In this document: positions 58,462 through 64,000 of the stretch, piece by piece
Numbering within the stretch: the stretch's first letter is position 1
How the letters are laid out: each line of letters begins with the position of its first letter
Source: an uncultured Poribacteria bacterium
GTDB lineage: Bacteria; Poribacteria; WGA-4E; WGA-3G
Length of the DNA stretch: 64,000 nucleotides
Reading direction: 5' to 3'
Assembly (NCBI GenBank): GCA_958296135.2
Contig: CATQHZ020000001.1
Span: 3,904,001-3,968,000, forward strand
The notes under the pieces: model-generated
Seen by the model: only the letters and a program-made list of their open reading frames with translations
What the model was told of the DNA's origin: nothing
Databases searched by the model: none
Program-made: the position numbers and the translations under genes

Positions 58462-61400
58462 ATGTTTGAAGAGGTATCCCCACAATTCACGTTTGCAGAC
58501 AGGGAAAAAGCAACTTTGGATTTCTGGCGTGAACACCACATCTTTCAGAAAAGCATGGAATTGCACAAGGCGGACCCGCCCTTCGTCTTTCTCGAAGGAC
58601 CGCCGTTCGCGAACGCACCACCCGGCGTGCATCACGTCCTCGCACGCATCATGAAAGATGCTGTCTGCCGCTACAAAACGATGACAGGACACTATGTCCA
58701 TCGAAAAGCCGGCTGGGACACGCACGGACTCCCCGTTGAATACCAAGTCGAAAAGCAACTCAATATCACAAATAAGGCGGAACTTGAGGCATACGGTGTT
58801 CAGAACTTCATCGAAAAGTGCAAGGAGAACGTCTTCCAATACGAACAGGAATGGCGGCTCATGACTGAGCGCATCGGGTTCTGGGTGAACCTAGACGATG
58901 CCTACATCACGCTGTCAAACGATTACATTGAGAGCGTGTGGTGGGTGCTGCGGCAAGCGTGGGATAAGGAGCTCCTGTATCAAGGACACAAAGTGCAACC
59001 CTACTGCTGTCGATGCGGCACAACCCTCGCTACGCACGAAGTCGCACTCGGTTACAAGACTGTCGAAGATCCTTCTATCTACGTGCAGTTCCCCATCAAA
59101 AACAAGGAGAATACCTACCTACTTGTCTGGACGACAACACCGTGGACGCTCCCCTCTAACGTGGCCATCGCTGTGGGCGAAGATTACGATTACGTCTGCG
59201 TTGAGCATGAAGGACAGAATCTCATCCTCGCAGCCGAACTTTTACCGAAAATGTTCGCGGAGGAACAGCCGAGGGTGACAACACGCTACAAGGGACATGA
59301 ACTCCTCGGTTGGCACTACGAACCGCTGTTCGACTTCGCAGAAACCGCACAATCCGGAGCGCGAGGGACTGTCCCTCACGCGCTAGCATCGGCCAGCGAG
59401 CGCGCCTACAGCATCGTCGCAGCCGACTTTGTCACGCTCGAAGATGGTACCGGATTGGTGCATATCGCCCCCGCTTTCGGACAAGACGACTACGATATCG
59501 GACAGAAATACGGCCTGCCTTTGGTGCAACTGGTAGCCCCAGACGGAACATTTGTCACTGAAGTAGCCCCGTGGGCAGGCGAATTTGTGAAAGATGCAGA
59601 CTCGGGTATCATCGAAAACCTCGCAGGGCGCGGGCTACTGTTGAAAGCAGATGAGTACACGCACGAATACCCGTTCTGTTGGCGATGCGATACGCCGCTG
59701 CTCTATTACGCACGCGAGTCTTGGTTCATCCGCACCACCGCCATCCGCGAACAGATGCTCCAGCACAATCAACAGATAAACTGGTACCCTGAGCATATCA
59801 AAGAGGGACGGTTCGGCAATTGGCTGGAAAACAACGTCGACTGGGGGCTGAGCCGCGAACGGTACTGGGGAACGCCGCTGCCGGTATGGACATGCAACAC
59901 CTGTGGAAATCAGCACTGCATCGGCAGTATCGCCGAAATGAAGGAGCACGGGCAGATGGCCGCCGATGCATCCGTAGCGCAAGGGCCCGGCACTCGCAAT
60001 GTCCCCATCCCTGACGATATCGAACTCCACCGTCCCTACGTCGACGATGTGATTCTCACCTGCAAGAAATGCGGCGGCACGATGCAGCGCGTGCAAGATG
60101 TCATCGATTGCTGGTTCGACTCCGGCTGCGCGCACACTGCACAATGGCACTACCCGTTTGAGAATCAGGATATGCTGACGCAGGCATACCCCGCTGATTT
60201 TATCTCCGAAGCCATCGATCAGACGCGCGGCTGGTTCTATAGCCTCTTGGCTACCGGCACGCTGCTCTACGATAAGCCTGCATACAAAAATTGCCTCTGC
60301 CTGGAACTCATCATGGCAGCAGATGGACAGAAGATGAGCAAAAGCCGCGGCAACACCGTCGATCCGTGGACAATTCTGAATGAACAGGGTGCCGATGCGA
60401 TGCGGTGGTACATGTTCACCGCTTGCCCGCCGTGGGCGCAGCGCGCTTTCAAACTTGAGGGAATTGACGAAGCACTGAAGAAGTTCATGGGCACCCTCCA
60501 TAACGTCTACAGTTTCTTCGTCATGTACGCCAATATCGAGGGAAGTTCCGTCCAATCCGTCACGCAAGGACCTGCCCCTCACGAACTTTCACTCATGGAT
60601 AAGTGGCTCTTGTCGCGGCTCCATACCACTATTGACACGGTTCGCACCGAGATGGAAAGTTATCATCTCACGAATGCGTCGCGCGCAATCGAGGCGTTCA
60701 TCGCTGATCTGAGCAATTGGTATGTTCGCCGTTCACGCGACCGGTTTTGGGGGGCGGAATCTGGCCCGGACAAGCGCGCTGCATACGCCACGCTTTACGA
60801 GGTGCTGGTAACCGCCGCGAAATTGTCCGCACCGTTCGTTCCGTTTCTGGCGGATGAGCTCTACCGGAACCTCGTCGGTTCGCTTGATGACGAGGCACCG
60901 GTAAGCGTTCACTTGGCACTCTACCCTGTCGCGGATGAGACGCTGAAAGACGCGCAGCTGGAAGCCGACATGGCATTCGTACGTGAGGTTATCAGCATGG
61001 GACACGCCGCTCGCAATCGCTCCGGCATCAAGACGCGGCAGCCGCTCTCAGAACTGACGATAGGCGGATTGTCCGAGGGGCAACAGGCAACCGTTACCTA
61101 TTTAGCAGAACTCGTGCATGCGGAACTCAACGTCAAATCCATCTCCTTCACGAAGGATATGAACGCCTTCGCGCAGGTAACGCTCAAACCGAACTTTAAG
61201 GTGTTAGGACCGAAGTACGGAAAGAATGTCCAAGCCATCGCGAAAACTCTCGCCACGGCTGATGCAACAAGTCTGAAGGCGGAACTCGATGCAACCGGCA
61301 GCTTACAAGTCGGGACTTTCACCCTCACGCCCGAAGAAATCGATGTGCAGACGCAGCACCGGGAAGGCTTCTTCGTGGAGGCGGACGCACAGAAATTCGT

Positions 61401-61689
61401 CGCCTTGGCGACAGAGGTGACGCACGAATTGAAGTTGGAAGGTTTGGCGCGCGAGCTCGTTAACAAAATCCAGAACCTGCGGAAAACGGCAGATTTTAAC
61501 GTCGCCGACCGGATTCAGTTGAGCCTCACCGCTACATCGCTGGTTCATGAGGCGTTTGAAGCACATCAGGACTATATTCTCAGGGAGACGCTCACCACCG
61601 AGGTAGTTGAATCGCCCAGAGAAAATGCGTTCAGCCGCGTCGAAAGCCTCAACGGCGAAGAGGCAACGCTGAGCGTCCTGCGTGTGTAA
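58462..61689 (+). CDS. ileS: Isoleucine--tRNA ligase, type 2 (IleRS2)
   Basis: GPPFAN..GVHH, GWDTHGLPVE, WTTTPWT, SRERYWGTP, KMSKS, SNWYVRRSR, EGLARELVNKIQNLRK. Confidence 0.96.
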   Translation: MFEEVSPQFTFADREKATLDFWREHHIFQKSMELHKADPPFVFLEGPPFANAPPGVHHVLARIMKDAVCRYKTMTGHYVHRKAGWDTHGLPVEYQVEKQLNITNKAELEAYGVQNFIEKCKENVFQYEQEWRLMTERIGFWVNLDDAYITLSNDYIESVWWVLRQAWDKELLYQGHKVQPYCCRCGTTLATHEVALGYKTVEDPSIYVQFPIKNKENTYLLVWTTTPWTLPSNVAIAVGEDYDYVCVEHEGQNLILAAELLPKMFAEEQPRVTTRYKGHELLGWHYEPLFDFAETAQSGARGTVPHALASASERAYSIVAADFVTLEDGTGLVHIAPAFGQDDYDIGQKYGLPLVQLVAPDGTFVTEVAPWAGEFVKDADSGIIENLAGRGLLLKADEYTHEYPFCWRCDTPLLYYARESWFIRTTAIREQMLQHNQQINWYPEHIKEGRFGNWLENNVDWGLSRERYWGTPLPVWTCNTCGNQHCIGSIAEMKEHGQMAADASVAQGPGTRNVPIPDDIELHRPYVDDVILTCKKCGGTMQRVQDVIDCWFDSGCAHTAQWHYPFENQDMLTQAYPADFISEAIDQTRGWFYSLLATGTLLYDKPAYKNCLCLELIMAADGQKMSKSRGNTVDPWTILNEQGADAMRWYMFTACPPWAQRAFKLEGIDEALKKFMGTLHNVYSFFVMYANIEGSSVQSVTQGPAPHELSLMDKWLLSRLHTTIDTVRTEMESYHLTNASRAIEAFIADLSNWYVRRSRDRFWGAESGPDKRAAYATLYEVLVTAAKLSAPFVPFLADELYRNLVGSLDDEAPVSVHLALYPVADETLKDAQLEADMAFVREVISMGHAARNRSGIKTRQPLSELTIGGLSEGQQATVTYLAELVHAELNVKSISFTKDMNAFAQVTLKPNFKVLGPKYGKNVQAIAKTLATADATSLKAELDATGSLQVGTFTLTPEEIDVQTQHREGFFVEADAQKFVALATEVTHELKLEGLARELVNKIQNLRKTADFNVADRIQLSLTATSLVHEAFEAHQDYILRETLTTEVVESPRENAFSRVESLNGEEATLSVLRV

Positions 61690-61736
61690 GGGTGGATTTC
61701 TATAGCCACCCTTACCACCAATAGAGGGAAAATAGG

Positions 61737-63149
61737 TTGACATCTCAGAACTTGCTGCAGCAATTACCATCCATCGAAAAACTGCTGAACACATCGGAGC
61801 TGCGTGAACTGCAAGCCACCTACGCGCGCCCGCTGGTGATAGAAGCACTACGCGCCGTCGTCGCTGATATCCGAAAGGACATTCTCCGCAACAACGGGAA
61901 CGTCCAGCCGCCAGCCACCGCCGTATACGCACGCCTGACTCGCCAACGTATTGAGACTCAGGTTTCCTCGCGATTGCATCCTGTCGTCAACGCCACCGGC
62001 ACAATAACTCATACCAACTTAGGCAGGGCCCTGCTCAGTCCCACTGCCTGCGAAGCCATCCAGCAAGCAGCGCAAAACTATGTCAACCTTGAATACGACG
62101 TGGCTACCGGTAAACGGGGACATCGAGATAGGATAACCGAACCGCTCTTGCAAGAATTGACTGGAAGCGAAGCATCCACCGTCGTCAATAACAATGCCGC
62201 AGCGGTGTTATTAGCCCTGCAGACGATGGCGCATGGCAAAGAGGTGATTGTTTCGCGCGGAGAACTCATTGAAATCGGCGGCGCATTCCGCATCCCCGAT
62301 GTCATGGAGGCAAGCGGCGCAATACTCCGAGAGGTAGGAACTACCAACCGAACCCATCTACGGGACTACGCCGAGGCAATCACGGAAAACACGGGACTGC
62401 TGCTCAAGGTACACCCGAGTAACTACAAAATCCTCGGTTTCACCGCAACACCGGCGATGGAAGCCTTGACTGAACTGGGCGCACAGCACCGCATCCCCAC
62501 CATGGAAGACCTGGGTAGCGGCGCACTCGTTGATATGGCGCAATATGGACTGCCGTGCGAACCCCTCGTCGCTGAAAGCATCGCAAGCGGCGTAGACATC
62601 GTCACGTTTAGTGGTGACAAACTCCTCGGCGGCCCGCAGGCAGGACTCATCGTCGGCAAGGCCACGTGGATTGAGAAAATGCGTAAAAATCCAATGATGC
62701 GCGCACTCAGGGTAGATAAACTTACCCTCGCCGCTTTATCCGCAACGCTGCAACTCTATCTCACCACTCCCTCAGCCGATAAATTAGCCGCCCAACTGCC
62801 GATGCTCAACCGATATACGCGCCCCATGGAAGCACTACACACCATCGCCACGAAACTCGCACAACAACTTGCAAGCATCTTTGGCGAAAAGGTTCAGATT
62901 CAGATAGCAGAAACGTACGCGCAAATCGGAAGCGGCGCGCTGCCTGTTGAAACGTTGCCGAGCGTCGCCATCGTGCTGGAATCCACCGCGGTCTCTGCCG
63001 AAGTGCTTGCAGCGCATTTCCGAGACGCGAAGGTGCCAGTAATTGGGAGAATCAAGGATGCGCAATTGCGGCTAGACTTGCGGACCATCTACGAGAGAGA
63101 ACAAGCATGGATAACTGAAACAGCAAAACAAGTCTCATTGAAATTATGA
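61737..63149 (+). CDS. selA: L-seryl-tRNA(Sec) selenium transferase
   Basis: NATG..HTNLGRA, VNNNAAA, SRGELIEIGG, EVGTTN, KVHPSNY, FSGDKLLGGPQAG, RALRVDK. Confidence 0.95.
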   Translation: MTSQNLLQQLPSIEKLLNTSELRELQATYARPLVIEALRAVVADIRKDILRNNGNVQPPATAVYARLTRQRIETQVSSRLHPVVNATGTITHTNLGRALLSPTACEAIQQAAQNYVNLEYDVATGKRGHRDRITEPLLQELTGSEASTVVNNNAAAVLLALQTMAHGKEVIVSRGELIEIGGAFRIPDVMEASGAILREVGTTNRTHLRDYAEAITENTGLLLKVHPSNYKILGFTATPAMEALTELGAQHRIPTMEDLGSGALVDMAQYGLPCEPLVAESIASGVDIVTFSGDKLLGGPQAGLIVGKATWIEKMRKNPMMRALRVDKLTLAALSATLQLYLTTPSADKLAAQLPMLNRYTRPMEALHTIATKLAQQLASIFGEKVQIQIAETYAQIGSGALPVETLPSVAIVLESTAVSAEVLAAHFRDAKVPVIGRIKDAQLRLDLRTIYEREQAWITETAKQVSLKL

Positions 63150-64000
63150 AATCGGTTTGCATCCCTTCCACCTTTAGCGGATTAATGTTTATAGCGGCAT
63201 GCTGCATCATCTGCGTCTTTCTTTGTGGCTGCATGCAAGATTCAGATGTGCCACCCACAGAGATTGTCTCTCCAATTGATGGCGCGACAATGGTGCTCAT
63301 CCCTGCAGGCACGTTTCTGATGGGCTCTGCTACGGGCGATAACGATGAGAAACCAGTGCATCCAGTCTCGCTTGACGCATTTTACATGGATAGCCACGAA
63401 GTAACAAACGCGCGCTATCGGGCATTTGTAGACGCAACAGGGTATCCTGAGCCGCCACTCTGGCACAACCCAAGGTTCAACGCGCCCGATGCCCCGGTTG
63501 TCCGAGTCACATGGCGCGATGCCGCCGCTTATGCAGCATGGGCAAACAAACGGCTGCCAACCGAAGCAGAATGGGAATATGCTGCCCGCGGAAATCTCGA
63601 TGGAAAACTTTATCCAAACGGTGATATAATCACACATAACGATGCCAATCTCGGCGGCACGGACGGCGCAGATAAATGGACATGGACAGCACCCGTAGGG
63701 AGCTTTCCGCCGAACAACTATCATCTCTACGACATAGCAGGCAACGCCTGGGAATGGTGTTTTGACGAATACAACGGCGACTTCTACAAGGTGAGCCCGA
63801 AACATAACCCCCGTTTCGGCAGAACATTGGCACCGAATAGCGACAGGGAAATAGACACTCGCGAGCAGCGGGATACATTCCGTATCTTGCGCGGCGGCGG
63901 TTGGGGTGGCAGCCCCGAAGCCCTGCGTGTCGCAGACCGGTGGTATCATCTCACCTCGGGAAGCACCATCGGTTTCCGATGTGTGAAAGAGGTACCTTAA
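63146..64000 (+). CDS. Formylglycine-generating enzyme family (FGE-sulfatase) lipoprotein
   Basis: IPAGTFLMGS, HEVTN, RLPTEAEWEYAARG, LYDIAGNAWEW, RGGGW, GFRC. Confidence 0.9.
   Translation: MKSVCIPSTFSGLMFIAACCIICVFLCGCMQDSDVPPTEIVSPIDGATMVLIPAGTFLMGSATGDNDEKPVHPVSLDAFYMDSHEVTNARYRAFVDATGYPEPPLWHNPRFNAPDAPVVRVTWRDAAAYAAWANKRLPTEAEWEYAARGNLDGKLYPNGDIITHNDANLGGTDGADKWTWTAPVGSFPPNNYHLYDIAGNAWEWCFDEYNGDFYKVSPKHNPRFGRTLAPNSDREIDTREQRDTFRILRGGGWGGSPEALRVADRWYHLTSGSTIGFRCVKEVP

Noticed and set aside
61737-63149. Selenoprotein or tRNA-Sec near selA
   Set aside because: I recognised no in-frame UGA with a SECIS-like hairpin and no tRNA in the window; a dedicated scan was not possible.

Overview
Bacterial genomic DNA with a moderately high GC content. 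It most likely comes from Candidatus Poribacteria (sponge symbionts) or a close relative. This is inferred from the LRR, ankyrin and LamG secreted proteins, the 'NYPNPFNPETWIPY' C-terminal domains and the 'KLATTWG' tails. Housekeeping content: a TPP-riboswitch-led thiamine cluster (thiX/thiY-like, thiO, thiS, thiG) interrupted by a HEPN/MNT pair, plus purB, a type-2 ileS with a GVHH signature, and selA. Other content: two TAXI substrate-binding proteins, an orphan DNA methyltransferase split at a C9 tract, an SBP-OmpA/vWA/SBP-OmpA cluster, a sigma-54-type activator and many secreted proteins. The most striking signal is several families of GTAG-type REP-like palindromes. They form large intergenic mosaics, sit in frame inside about ten protein-coding genes (including ThiO and IleRS) and inside the riboswitch, and border duplications and cassette-like genes. 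One family is itself the exact target of a 50-nt nested element found seven times. I recognised no transposase, RAYT, CRISPR array, tRNA or rRNA. All family assignments come from motif recognition by eye, not database searches.
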